Source: a virus. From it: a DNA stretch of 64,000 nt. The notes below the pieces were generated by a model, which searched no databases, had not been told where the DNA came from, and saw only the letters and a list, made by a program, of their open reading frames with translations. Location of the stretch: the IMG/VR virus record IMGVR_UViG_3300008516_000204, positions 42,112-106,111 of that record; one strand, 5' to 3'. Shown here piece after piece: positions 31,064 to 42,250 of this stretch (positions within the stretch are counted from its first letter, which is position 1; each line of letters starts with the position of its first letter). A program made the position numbers and the translations under genes.

Positions 31064-31330
31064 ATGATAATGAAAAGAAACGATAAAAAGGCTTTGGACT
31101 TTTGGAAAAATATTATTTATAAGAATGGAAAATTGGATGAGGAACAAGTATTGAAAGAATTATCTGACTACTATTTTGTTATACAACAAGTTCCGAAAGT
31201 GTATTGCCATATTACAAATGGATTATTATCTAAACTAATGTATAAGGCAGAAACAATTATCTCAATAGCGGATGATTGTATTAGTAAAGACTATGTTCAT
31301 AAAGACGATTTAAGGGAATTAATGAAATGA
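31064..31330 (+). CDS. conserved phage hypothetical protein
   Basis: G.LD..QV.KELSDY...VPKVY.HIT.G.LSK pattern. Confidence 0.6.
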   Translation: MIMKRNDKKALDFWKNIIYKNGKLDEEQVLKELSDYYFVIQQVPKVYCHITNGLLSKLMYKAETIISIADDCISKDYVHKDDLRELMK

Positions 31331-32967
31331 GGCAGAAAGCACTCAATTTATCGTGGAACGAGATTAGGGAATATGCGAAAAATCTGTATTTACAGGCAAA
31401 AAGGATTATCAAAATGATTTTGGAAAGGATAAGATAGTGAGAAACCGCAAGCACATTGAAGGCGAAAGAATCCCAGTTTCAGATGTCTGCCTCAAGGGAG
31501 TGGACAGATACGAGTTGGATATAAAAGGCATAAAAAAACTGTTACAACTGAACTTGGAAGTTTTATTGGATCTTAGGGATTTATTGGAACGGAGAAAAAA
31601 ATGATAGACGAGAATAAGATAGGCATACTATTTACTACAAATGGAAAAGATGTATGGAGATTGATAAGTTATTGTGAATATCCCACTGCTACTTTCGAAA
31701 ATATTGAAACAAAAGAGCAAACTGGTGGAGCTGTAGGAAACCCTATAGTAAATCAATTTAAGGAATTAGAAATAAAGAAGGAGATAAGGTAATGAAGAAA
31801 GAAACTTATGTCTATTATTACCTAAATGGTAAATATGTTTGCAAAGCTGAACTAAAAGATGTGGATATGAGAAAGGAATAAAATGAGAGAAATATTGTTT
31901 AAATTAGTAGCTAAAAAGATGGATAAGAAAAGGCTTGGTAGTTATGAGCCAGTTAGGTTTAACATAACTTTAGAAGTTCCTCTTTGGTTTGGGGAATCAA
32001 TTATTCAGTTAATTAAAGAAAAAGCAAAGGAGGTGAAATAAAATGTTAGGATTTCCAAGAAAAACGAAGCAACCCCAGAAGCCCAGAGAAGCGAAGGACA
32101 TTGTGAAAGCGTGCGACAAAGCCCTAATGATAACCGAGAAAGCTGGCGATGTTCAGATTCATGTGCTGAAGAATATCAAATACCGCAACGAGGTCAAGGG
32201 CATATTACAGGAGGCGTTGGATTCTTACTTAACGAATCCCGTGCTTAATACGCTTCTTAATGTGTTCAAGGGCTTAAGGGGCGAAGTAATAGAGTTGAAA
32301 AAACTAATTGAAAAGCTAACTGGAGACAAAAATGAAGGAAAAGAAAAAGAGAACAAAAAAGAAACTCCCAAATAAGAGGAAAAGAAAACGGTCTAAGAAA
32401 GTCGTTAAGCGAATCGGCGTTTTTATTCCTATTCAAGCTGACATCATAACCCAACAAGTCAAATTAGATAAATACATCATTGAACAGGGATGTCAAAGAC
32501 TCGGCATCTTCCACAAAAACATTGACAAGGAAAAAGGGGTTATAGAACTCTACGCCAGAACCCGTCACATAGGCAAATCCAGAGCCAGAAAAGTGAAACC
32601 GATAACAGGAGATTCTTTACAGGCAGAATTAGCTCAAATGGCTGAACGAACCAAAACCAAGCTGATTTTTCCTCTAGCTTAAATAAAAGAACTTTAAGAA
32701 AGGAATGGACTATGGGAATATTAGATGAACTTAGGAATAAGAATCCTAAGAAATTTGCTATCAAGCCTCAATTTTCCTTGGGTGCAACATTTTTGGCTGT
32801 TGTAATCGGAAAGGTGGTACAGTACACCTTACTGGCAACTATCGGCTACCTTTGTTGGAATTATGTCGTTCCAGCTTTGGGCGGGGTTAGTTTAACTTTT
32901 TGGCAGATTCTCGCCCTCTTAATACTTGCCGAGATATTTATCTATCGAATCTCTGGGACTGGCAGCA

Positions 32968-33450
32968 ATGCGGGATATTGATAAAAAAATTAAGAAATTT
33001 GAACCACTGATGTTTAAGCTTTTACGAAAGTTTAGAATACCAAAACGAGATTACGACGACTACTTACAGGAATTGAGAATAGCAGCTTGGAAAGTTATCG
33101 AAAAATATGATAAAAAAAGAGGGTTATTAAGTACGATTATGCAAATAAGCCTGGAAAATCGTATCAAAGACCTGCTAAGAAAATCGGATAATGAAACCAT
33201 CTTTCTGGAGGATTTATCACATCATCAAAAAACCAAAGCTTTAAAAGTTAAAACCAATTTTATGGCAAATATTGATATGGACTTTATCAAAAATAAATTA
33301 ACCAAATTGGAGAAGAAAATTATCAATCTGCGATTAAAAGGCTTAACGCAATCCAAAATCGGTAAATTACTTAATATATCACAATCGGCTATACAGCAGA
33401 AATGGCAATTAATACTAAAAAAGTTGAAGAAACTAATAAAAAGGAGGTAA
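32968..33450 (+). CDS. sigma-70 family RNA polymerase sigma factor
   Basis: Region 2 DDYLQE..I..W...EKYD; region 4 LT..E...L...G.TQ..IG..L.ISQS; likely start ATG 32968. Confidence 0.85.
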   Translation: MRDIDKKIKKFEPLMFKLLRKFRIPKRDYDDYLQELRIAAWKVIEKYDKKRGLLSTIMQISLENRIKDLLRKSDNETIFLEDLSHHQKTKALKVKTNFMANIDMDFIKNKLTKLEKKIINLRLKGLTQSKIGKLLNISQSAIQQKWQLILKKLKKLIKRR

Positions 33451-33885
33451 CAAATGAGAACATTATCTAATTTAATTGATAAAAAACTAGAGAAAGATAA
33501 ACTTGCTAAAGAAACAGCAGAAGCCAAGTTTCAAGTAAAAATGCAAGAGATAGAAAAAAGAATAACTAATCAATTTGAAAAAGCAAAATATGTTACTGGA
33601 AAAAGATTGACAATGAGGAAACAACATGAAAGTATGTATTATTTCTCCTTTGATATAGGTAATAAAGAGTGTAGAACACTATATATTTGTAGTAATGATA
33701 ACTGGGATACATTAAACATAGATAGTGAATTTAATATTAATTTGTTCAATGCAGCATATGGATATACAGCAGAAGAAATTAAAGTATTAGGAACGACATT
33801 TCAGCTTAAGGACCTAAATAGAATGCTAATTGATTGGTGTAGAATATTAACAGACAAAATAATAAAAAGAAAAAGGAGGTAAACA

Positions 33886-34440
33886 ATGGGGCGTGGAGGA
33901 TTTAGACCTGGGGCAGGCAGAAAAAAGGGGAAAAAGGATTCGGTTCTCAGAGAAAAAGTAACCAAATTTCCCAAACCAACTGGCAAGGACATAGAAAAAT
34001 ATGCGAACTTTGACAAGCCTATGTATTTGAAAATCTCCAAATATCTCAATAAAGACCAGAAGACTCTGTATAAAAATCTGCTGGTCAAATATGAAAGCCC
34101 TTTGAAGGCTCTCAAATCGCTTAGAGACGATATGGCGGTTAGGTATAAGGAAGCAAGGATAGCAGAAATTAGTGTTGGGGCAGGGAAGCTTTCAAGGGCA
34201 GTTACAGAATTGGGGGCAGAACTTAGGTCTTTGAACGAGCTTATCGACAGGATTGAATCTGGTCGGCAGGATTTACGGATTAATATTCTCAATCTGCTTA
34301 CTTCTACCGATAAAAAAGATATAGGTAAACTTAAGCGACTGAGGGATAGAGTGTTCTCTCTTCCTGAAGAAAAATCAGCAGTAGAGGAAGCAGAAATTGT
34401 GGATGAGGAACAAGATGGAACTGGGGAAAATAATGGATAA
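33886..34440 (+). CDS. terS: probable terminase small subunit
   Basis: N-terminal GRGG.RPGAGRKKG motif, helical body, upstream of TerL. Confidence 0.6.
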   Translation: MGRGGFRPGAGRKKGKKDSVLREKVTKFPKPTGKDIEKYANFDKPMYLKISKYLNKDQKTLYKNLLVKYESPLKALKSLRDDMAVRYKEARIAEISVGAGKLSRAVTELGAELRSLNELIDRIESGRQDLRINILNLLTSTDKKDIGKLKRLRDRVFSLPEEKSAVEEAEIVDEEQDGTGENNG

Positions 34441-34931
34441 ATTCATACCGATTTGGGAGAATAAGAGATACTCGAAAAAATATTTTATCGCTGGTCTTAG
34501 AGATATAAGAATGTATTGGCAATTTTCTCTATACCCTGGATTTTTCTGGGCAGGAATTCATGGGGTTTGGACTACTTTGAGAGTAATGATCGAAGGTAAA
34601 CCACTAAGATATAAACTGGAGGAATACGATGAAAATCCTACAATCTAAGAAACGAAATAGGATAACCTTACTCAAGGAAGAAATCAAGATACTCCAAAAT
34701 AAGATAAAAAATTACGAGTTCATTATTCAGGAACACGAAAATGAAGCTAATAGATATCGTAAAGCTATTGTTAGTATGCGAAAGAGACTTCGAAAATTGA
34801 AAGGGCAATTAAAGTCTTTAATAAAAAGGAGTAAATAGTATGGTAAAATATTGCCCTAATTGTGGCTTTGTAGTCGTGGAATCGGCTGAGGCATTATGCC
34901 CAAATTGTGGCAAACAATTAGAAGGAATAAA

Positions 34932-36071
34932 ATGATTACAGTTTTGAGTTTATTTGATGGTTTGGGTGGGGCAAGAATAGCTTTGGATAGATTAGGTATC
35001 CCTTGTAAATACTATGCTTCTGAAATAGATAAATATGCTATCAAAATAGCTCTGAAGAATTATCCCGATATTATTCAACTGGGAGATATAGCGAATATTA
35101 AGACGAAGGATTTGCCACAAATTGATTTATTAATTGGGGGTTCTCCTTGCCAAGATTTGAGTGTAGCTAAAAAGGATAGAAAAGGGTTACAAGGTAAAAG
35201 AAGCGGTTTATTTTGGGAATATGTCAGACTATTAAAAAAATTGAAACCCAAATATTTTGTTTTAGAAAATGTAAATTCAATGAAAAAGACAGATAAACAA
35301 ATTATTACAAATACTCTGTGTATTGAACCTATTATGATAAATTCAGCCCTATTAACCGCACAAAATAGAAAGAGATTATATTGGACTAACATCAAAAATA
35401 TTCAGCAACCAGAAGATAGGCATATTTATTTAAAGGATATTATAGAAGAAAATGTTGATAGAAAATACTATATTGAAAATATTTCTATTATACCATCAAT
35501 AAAATCAAAGAAAACAAATCTTTTAAACTTTTTAGGAGGCATACGAAATAAAGACTGGGCAAAAGACGGGAAAAAATTTAGTAGAAATTTTGGGCAGGGG
35601 GATAGGGTTTATTCAATAGAGGGAAAATCTGCGACTCTATCTGCTAATGGTGATGGAAGAGGAGCTAAAACAGGTTTATATGTAATTCCTCATGGATTTG
35701 TAAAAAGGCGGTATAAAAAAGTTAATAAATACCCCACTTTATGTGGACAATCCCCTTCATCAAAACATTTAATAGCATGTGTTGCACAGAGAGGTCGATA
35801 CAATAAAGATGGTTCTACTTCCCAAAAACTTGAACCAAGATTTGATGGTAAAACAAATACTCTAACCTCTATTCAAAAAGATAATGCAGTATTAAAAATA
35901 GATACAAATAAAAGTTATATTAGAAAATTGACACCCATAGAATGTGAAAGATTACAGGGACTACCAGATAATTATACTGAAGGTGTTTCTAATACTCAAC
36001 GATATAAGATGGTAGATAATGGCTTTACAATCGATGTCGTAGCACATATCCTAAAGGAAATGAAAGAATGA
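34932..36071 (+). CDS. C5 cytosine methyltransferase
   Basis: SLFDG.GG, GGSPCQ, LENV, Q.RKRLYW, LTP.ECERLQ; motif X reads MVDNG rather than xGNG. Confidence 0.9.
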   Translation: MITVLSLFDGLGGARIALDRLGIPCKYYASEIDKYAIKIALKNYPDIIQLGDIANIKTKDLPQIDLLIGGSPCQDLSVAKKDRKGLQGKRSGLFWEYVRLLKKLKPKYFVLENVNSMKKTDKQIITNTLCIEPIMINSALLTAQNRKRLYWTNIKNIQQPEDRHIYLKDIIEENVDRKYYIENISIIPSIKSKKTNLLNFLGGIRNKDWAKDGKKFSRNFGQGDRVYSIEGKSATLSANGDGRGAKTGLYVIPHGFVKRRYKKVNKYPTLCGQSPSSKHLIACVAQRGRYNKDGSTSQKLEPRFDGKTNTLTSIQKDNAVLKIDTNKSYIRKLTPIECERLQGLPDNYTEGVSNTQRYKMVDNGFTIDVVAHILKEMKE

Positions 36072-38374
36072 AACTCACAATAGTTACACCAACCCACAAT
36101 ACCAAATATATCAAAGAGGCATATGATAGTCTACTTGCTCAAACTGACAAAGATTGGCAATGGCTTATTGTGCTAAATGGCGATGCCAAATTTTTTGATA
36201 TCAAGGATAAAAGGGTAAAACAAATTCCCTATCCAAATGCTCCAGTTAGCGTCGGAGCTGTAAAGAATTTCGCCTTCAGCCAAGTAAAGGAGGGTATTTG
36301 CGTTGAACTCGACCACGATGATTTACTCACACCGATCGCAGTCTAGCACATCAAAGAAGCATTTAGAAACACAGAGATAGGATTTGCTTACAGCGACTTT
36401 GCGGAATTTTTAGATGTGTCTTGGAAGCCTTATACATATGGTTCTCAATATGGGTGGAAAGCCGAGGAAAGACACTGGTATGGGCATAAATTTATATCTA
36501 TGAGAGCATTTGAGCCATCTCCCCATTCTATTGGCAATATACATTTCGGACCAAATCACGTGAGGGCTTGGACAGTCGAGGCATACAAAAAAGCAGGGAA
36601 ACACAATCCTGATTATCGAGTCTTGGATGACCAAGATTTAGTTTCAAGGACTTATCTAACGACAAAAATGAAACACATACCAGAGTGCCTATATTTATAT
36701 CGCAATTATCCAGAACAATCATTTAGGAGATTTAATCAAGAAATTCAAAGTGGAACTCTTAAATTATATGACAAATACATATTCGACATGGCAAAGAGAT
36801 GGTGTCAATTAAATAATTATCCAATGGTTGATTTAGGTGCAAAGCATGGCAAGCCATTGGGATTTTTCGGGGTTGACTTATATGGAACTGATATTACTGT
36901 GGATTTGAACCAGGAATGGCCATTCAAGGACAGTTCGGTGGGGTTAATACGAGCCAACGACATAATTGAACACCTAAAAGACCCAGTGAACACTATGAAT
37001 GAGGCATACAGGATTTTGGTGGATGGTGGGTGGTTTTTAATCGAAGTTCCCTCGACAGATGGGCGTGGAACATACCAAGACCCTTCCCATCGTTGTTATT
37101 CTCAAGATACTGAAATACTAACTACAAGTGGATTCAAACTCCTTTCGGAAGTTAAAAAGGGTGAAACTGTTTATACATTTAATAAAACAAATAATAAAGC
37201 TGAAATTCAACCTGTTATTAAAACTCATAAATATAAATATAACAGTCCGATGATTCATTTTAAACAACGAAGCATAGACTGTTTAGTAACACCTAATCAC
37301 AATATGTTTATAGGATCGTCAGATGATATTACTCCTTTCAGATTTAAAAAAGCCGAAAAACTGCTAACTATGAAATCATGTAAAAGAATTCCAAGTAATG
37401 TTATTTTTGATGGGGATTATCCTGAGTATTTCGAAATTCCAAATTCCCAAAATAAAATATCAACTTATCCAGAAAAAATGAGATTTATTAATGATAGTGT
37501 AAGATTACCTATTAAACCATTTATGGATTTTATGGGATGGTATGTATCAGAGGGCTGGACACATATTGTTACTACTACAGATTCAAGATATAATTGTTAC
37601 AATATCGGAATTAGCCAAAGTCAAAATGCTAATCCCATAAAATATCAGCAAATAGGACAATGTATTAAAGATTTAGGATATAAGCCACATAAAACCAGTA
37701 ATGGCTGGGGATTTTGTAGCAAATCTCTTGCTTTATGGTTATCTAAACTTGGAAAATCTCACGATAAATATATTCCTATTGCACTTAAACAAATGCACCC
37801 AGAACTGCTTCAAATATTATTAGAATCCGCTTTATTAGGAGATGGCCATAAAAATGGTAAAACAGGTTACACTTATGGCACCATTTCAGAGCAACTATCC
37901 AAAGATATTCAAGAAATTGCTATAAAATGTGGTTATAAAACAACAGTTAGCAAAGATGCGACTAGAGTAGGAAAACCAGTTTCTATAAATCCAGATTATA
38001 GAGCAAAGTATCCTATATATCTTGTATATCTTTCTTCACCAAAACAGCGATATTTAACACCAGATAATATTAAGCAAATTGATTATAGAGGTATGGTATA
38101 TTGCGTAACTGTCCCAAAAAATAATGTTATATTAACTCGTAGAAATGGTAGAGTAATTTGGGCTGGAAACAGTTTCTGGAATAGCAATTCATTCTGGTAT
38201 TATACAGACAGAAAATATGCTAAGTATGTTCCAGCAATTAAATGCAGATTTCAAGTGCAAAGAATATTAAATTACAATCCAACCGAGTTTCACAAGCAGA
38301 ATTACATCTGCTATACGAGAGCACATTTAACTGCGATAAAGAATAAGCGATACCCAGGGACGATAAAAATATAA
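36068..38374 (+). pseudogene. GT2 glycosyltransferase + methyltransferase fusion carrying an intein; in-frame TAG at 36344-36346
   Basis: TIVTPTHN, ELDHDD, then AV*HIKEAF...GFAYSD in frame with 36416..38374; DDQDL, DIIEHL, EVP...QDPSH..FWN.NSF. Confidence 0.8.
37094..38170 (+). mobile_element. intein with LAGLIDADG endonuclease (359 aa)
   Basis: Starts CYSQDTEILT, block B VTPNH, FMGWYVSEG and LLGDG, ends VYCVTVP...WAGN|S. Confidence 0.92.
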
Positions 38375-38835
38375 TGAAGAAAGCCGATATAGACAAAATA
38401 TGTAATACCAGAGGTTTTAAAGACTGTCTTAAATGTTCTGAATACGATACTTGTGATAATTGTGGCCGTAGAGTTTGTAAATATGTATCAATAATTATAG
38501 CTGATAATTATAATGAGAGAAATGATGAAGAATTATGGTGTAGCTACTGTTGTAAAGAATATGGTTTTTCAAAGCGAGAAATAGAAACTGGAAGAGTATA
38601 TTTATAAATAGACTATTAGAAAAATTTAGGGTAGAAAAATGAATGAATATTGGATAGTACATACAAATTGTGATTGTTGTAGTTCTAGAACACTTAAAGC
38701 AGCAACGAAATGGAAATTTGGTCCAAGGTGTCCTAGTTGTAAAAAAATATTAGGCATAATGCAATATTCAATTCAAAAAATTATAAAAGCACAAAACTTA
38801 GATCATGCTTTTGAAATATGGAGAAATAGTGAAAA

Positions 38836-41313
38836 ATGAAATTAACTAATAAAGAACGAAAACTGTGGTTCCAGAAAATTTTGAGTCGGCGAGATAACTG
38901 CAAAAATCTGAGGGCTTTTGTCTATAATATCTTTGGGGTAAAATTATATTCTAACCAAGTAAAATCGTTGAGAGATTTTTTAGACCCATCTATTAAGAAA
39001 GTTTTATTTTCATGTGCTCGCCAGGGTGGAAAAACAATGGATATTGCGATTGCTTGTGCAATCATTCCAATATTTTATGATAACATTCATATGTATATTT
39101 TTGCCCCAAAACAGGAGCAGGCACAAATCAGCTTTGAACGGTTTTCCAGCCTTGTCCATACCAATCCCTATAATATCTATGCTGGCTCATTAGCTGTAGA
39201 TAAGTCAGATAGAATTAAATTCTCAAATGGGACAGAGATTAGGGCTGTAACCGCCTCACGAAATGCGGAAATCGAGGGATTAACTTGCCATATCATAGTG
39301 CTTGATGAAGCCCAAGCAATATCACCATTTAAGGTGCGAGAATGTGTTTCTGGTAATATGAGGATTCCTTTACCAACTGGTGATTATGCAACTATGCCTG
39401 AAATTATTAAGAAACAACTTAAAGTTATTACTCCTGATGGTCCAGAAAGGCCAATTAGATATTTCAATGCTGGTATAGATATTCTACATGCTATTTATTT
39501 AGATAATGGGAAAATTTTAAAAGTAAATAAAAATCATAAGCATCTTGTTTACAGCAAAAATTGGAGAGATATAAAATCAGGGGCGGTAAAGAAATTGAGA
39601 ACAGATGAGTTAAAAGTTGGTCATCGTTTAGCTGTAGCAGATAAATTACCTTATTTTGGTAACGAGGGTACCTATGACGATGGTCTTATAGTAGGTAGTT
39701 TTTTAGGCGATGGATCTATTTGTAATGATAAACCAGAATTTTGTGGGTGTCCTAAATTTGTATCTATAATATCATCTGTTATATGGAAAAAGTATAATTT
39801 GAAATTTAAACTTAAGCCAATAAAATCTAAAATTTTGGAAGGCGTATTTACAAATAATAAAGGGGGGAAATGGAATAGTAATCCTTTAACAAAATATTTT
39901 CGTGATATGGGAATGTGGGGAATGAAAGGCGAATTTAAACAGATTCCTAATAAGCAATGGTCTAAGAAATTTCTTCGGGGTCTAATAGTTGGTCTTATTG
40001 AGACTGATGGTTGTATTAGTCATGTTAAAGAAAAAAAGGGAATTATATCATTTGGTAATATATCCAAAGAATTAGTAATCCAATTGCAAGATTATTTAGT
40101 TAAATTTGGAATACACGGCACCATTTTTCACAAAAAGAATAATAAAGGATTTGGTAAAAATCCTAAACCTTTTTATATTCTATCCATTAAGGGTATTGAA
40201 GATATTCGCAGATTCCATAAAAACTTCCAATTGATTACCAAGCAAAAAGTTTTAAACGAAATTGTTGATAATATGAAAAATAAGTCTCCAAGAATTTCCA
40301 GTAGGCACTATCCTAAAGGAATACGATTTATGCAGATTAAAAAAATTGAACAATCGGAGACAGAAAATGTTTATTGTGTTGAGGTCAAAAAGCATTTATG
40401 GATAGTTGATGGAATTATTACAGGAAATAGCATTTACCCAATGGGTGGAGCGGTTCCTGGCGGGGCTAAAATTATTCAGTGCGGTGTCCCAGGTGTTCGG
40501 GGGACACATTTTCACAAGGCGTTCAAAAATAAGTACGACCAAAAGATTAATCCTTTAGGTTATGTACAACATATCTATCCTTGGGATAAATGCCCTATTT
40601 TAGACAGAGACTATGTATTGGCAAGAAAGGCAGAAGACCCAATCAGTTTCGCAACCCAGTATGAACTAAGCTGGGAAAAGTCCAATATCGGAATGTTCTT
40701 ATCCGAGGAAGATTGGGCACGCTGTATCGTTCATTATGAGCTCAGGGATAAGAAAGGCAAGCCCCTGCGTGGCGAGTTTATGGGCATAGACTTTGCAAAA
40801 TTAAGGGATTCCACTGTCATTACAGAACTGAGGCAAGATCCAGACCATCTTGAGCAGTTTTATGTAGTAGGCTGGTGGGAACTCTCTGGGGTGGACTACG
40901 CCTCACAGATAGGTTTTATTAAGAACTTATGGCACAATGAGTTAAAGCAGATATATGCTGATAAATCATCTGTAGGAGAAGGGCCTTTGGATGTATTAAG
41001 GCAGACAGGCATGCCCATTGAGGGCTTTAATTTCGATATTCAGCATAAGGATAAATTATACAAGAACTTGGCAAACTTCATCCAAAAAGGGCAGATACAC
41101 TGGCCAGCCTCGACTCCAAGAGGCTTTGAAAAGGAATATGCACATTTTAAGCAACAGATGATGGAATTGGAAAAGGAGTTCAAGCTATCGGGACTTATCT
41201 CTGTCCACCACAATTTGGATGATTCTCTGGGGAGAGATGATTTTCCCGATTCGATAGCTCTGGCTGTATGGGCAGCTACTCACTTTATTGAGCCTTCGGC
41301 ATATACTGCATGA
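38836..41313 (+). CDS. terL: terminase large subunit, intein-containing
   Basis: ARQGGKT Walker A, IVLDEAQ Walker B, GIDFA..RDSTV and DD.PDS.ALA nuclease motifs. Confidence 0.93.
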   Translation: MKLTNKERKLWFQKILSRRDNCKNLRAFVYNIFGVKLYSNQVKSLRDFLDPSIKKVLFSCARQGGKTMDIAIACAIIPIFYDNIHMYIFAPKQEQAQISFERFSSLVHTNPYNIYAGSLAVDKSDRIKFSNGTEIRAVTASRNAEIEGLTCHIIVLDEAQAISPFKVRECVSGNMRIPLPTGDYATMPEIIKKQLKVITPDGPERPIRYFNAGIDILHAIYLDNGKILKVNKNHKHLVYSKNWRDIKSGAVKKLRTDELKVGHRLAVADKLPYFGNEGTYDDGLIVGSFLGDGSICNDKPEFCGCPKFVSIISSVIWKKYNLKFKLKPIKSKILEGVFTNNKGGKWNSNPLTKYFRDMGMWGMKGEFKQIPNKQWSKKFLRGLIVGLIETDGCISHVKEKKGIISFGNISKELVIQLQDYLVKFGIHGTIFHKKNNKGFGKNPKPFYILSIKGIEDIRRFHKNFQLITKQKVLNEIVDNMKNKSPRISSRHYPKGIRFMQIKKIEQSETENVYCVEVKKHLWIVDGIITGNSIYPMGGAVPGGAKIIQCGVPGVRGTHFHKAFKNKYDQKINPLGYVQHIYPWDKCPILDRDYVLARKAEDPISFATQYELSWEKSNIGMFLSEEDWARCIVHYELRDKKGKPLRGEFMGIDFAKLRDSTVITELRQDPDHLEQFYVVGWWELSGVDYASQIGFIKNLWHNELKQIYADKSSVGEGPLDVLRQTGMPIEGFNFDIQHKDKLYKNLANFIQKGQIHWPASTPRGFEKEYAHFKQQMMELEKEFKLSGLISVHHNLDDSLGRDDFPDSIALAVWAATHFIEPSAYTA
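39343..40428 (+). mobile_element. intein with LAGLIDADG endonuclease (362 aa) in TerL
   Basis: Starts CVSGN just after Walker B; GSFLGDG, GLIETDG; ends VYCVEV...ITGN|S. Confidence 0.92.
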
Positions 41314-42250
41314 AAGGAGTTTCAATGAAACTTAAGAAAATTACACTTATCTCCAAAGAATCCGATATACTCTACAAAGTTGCCTGCTATTCTTATAATT
41401 TACTTAATATAAGAGTTAAGCGAATCGATATTATAAACAGCAATAAAGCAATAATCCATTATAAAAAATTGAGAACCCATATGAAGAGGTAGGAGGCAAA
41501 CTATGAGCATAAAATTTAACCAGCTTCAAATTGCTATGGATACATCTAAAATAGAAAAAGCCCACAAACTAATCGACAGCCTCTATGCCAAAATAAAAAA
41601 ATACAATGAGGAAGTAAAGAGGGCAAATAGACTGTTACGAGAGTTTGACGAACTCAAAAAGAAAACCAATATCAGATTCGATAAGGGAGAAGTCAAGGGC
41701 TTGCCTAAAAAGGAAAACTTAAAATGATACACTTTTGCCCAACCCACCAAAAATATGTTGAAACCTACGAAATGTGGGATACTTATGCCAAAACCGATGG
41801 CATGACTATGTTAATAGTTGAACACCATTGTCCTTATTGCTTTAACCTAATTTGCACAGAGGAGAGACCATATCAAAATGGCACAGATAACCCCAGAAGA
41901 AGCTAAAATATTGGCAAAATTTCTTAAGGAACTCAAAGATTATAAAGAGGCTAAAACCAAAAAGAAATTTATCCCTAGACAAATTTCAGTTATCTATCAA
42001 CATCCCGACAAGCCCAAAGAGTTTCGCTGGTTTTCCTGCCATAGATGGTTTGACAAGGTTTTCAAAAACGAGGGAGCATCTAAAAATATCCTATTAATTG
42101 CCTTACAAATATCAGCAAACATAATTGTGGGCTTGGAAATTCTGCTTAAAAAGAAACATCTATTGGGCAGAGTCAATGAAAGAAGGCTTGAGAAAGCAAT
42201 CGAATTACTCAAAAAGATTAAATTTGAGTTCAAATAGAAAGGATAGAACA

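Noticed and set aside
4948-36346. Alternative genetic code (stop codon reassignment)
   Set aside because: The three internal stops are different codons, each also terminates many intact genes, and coding density is already high under code 11
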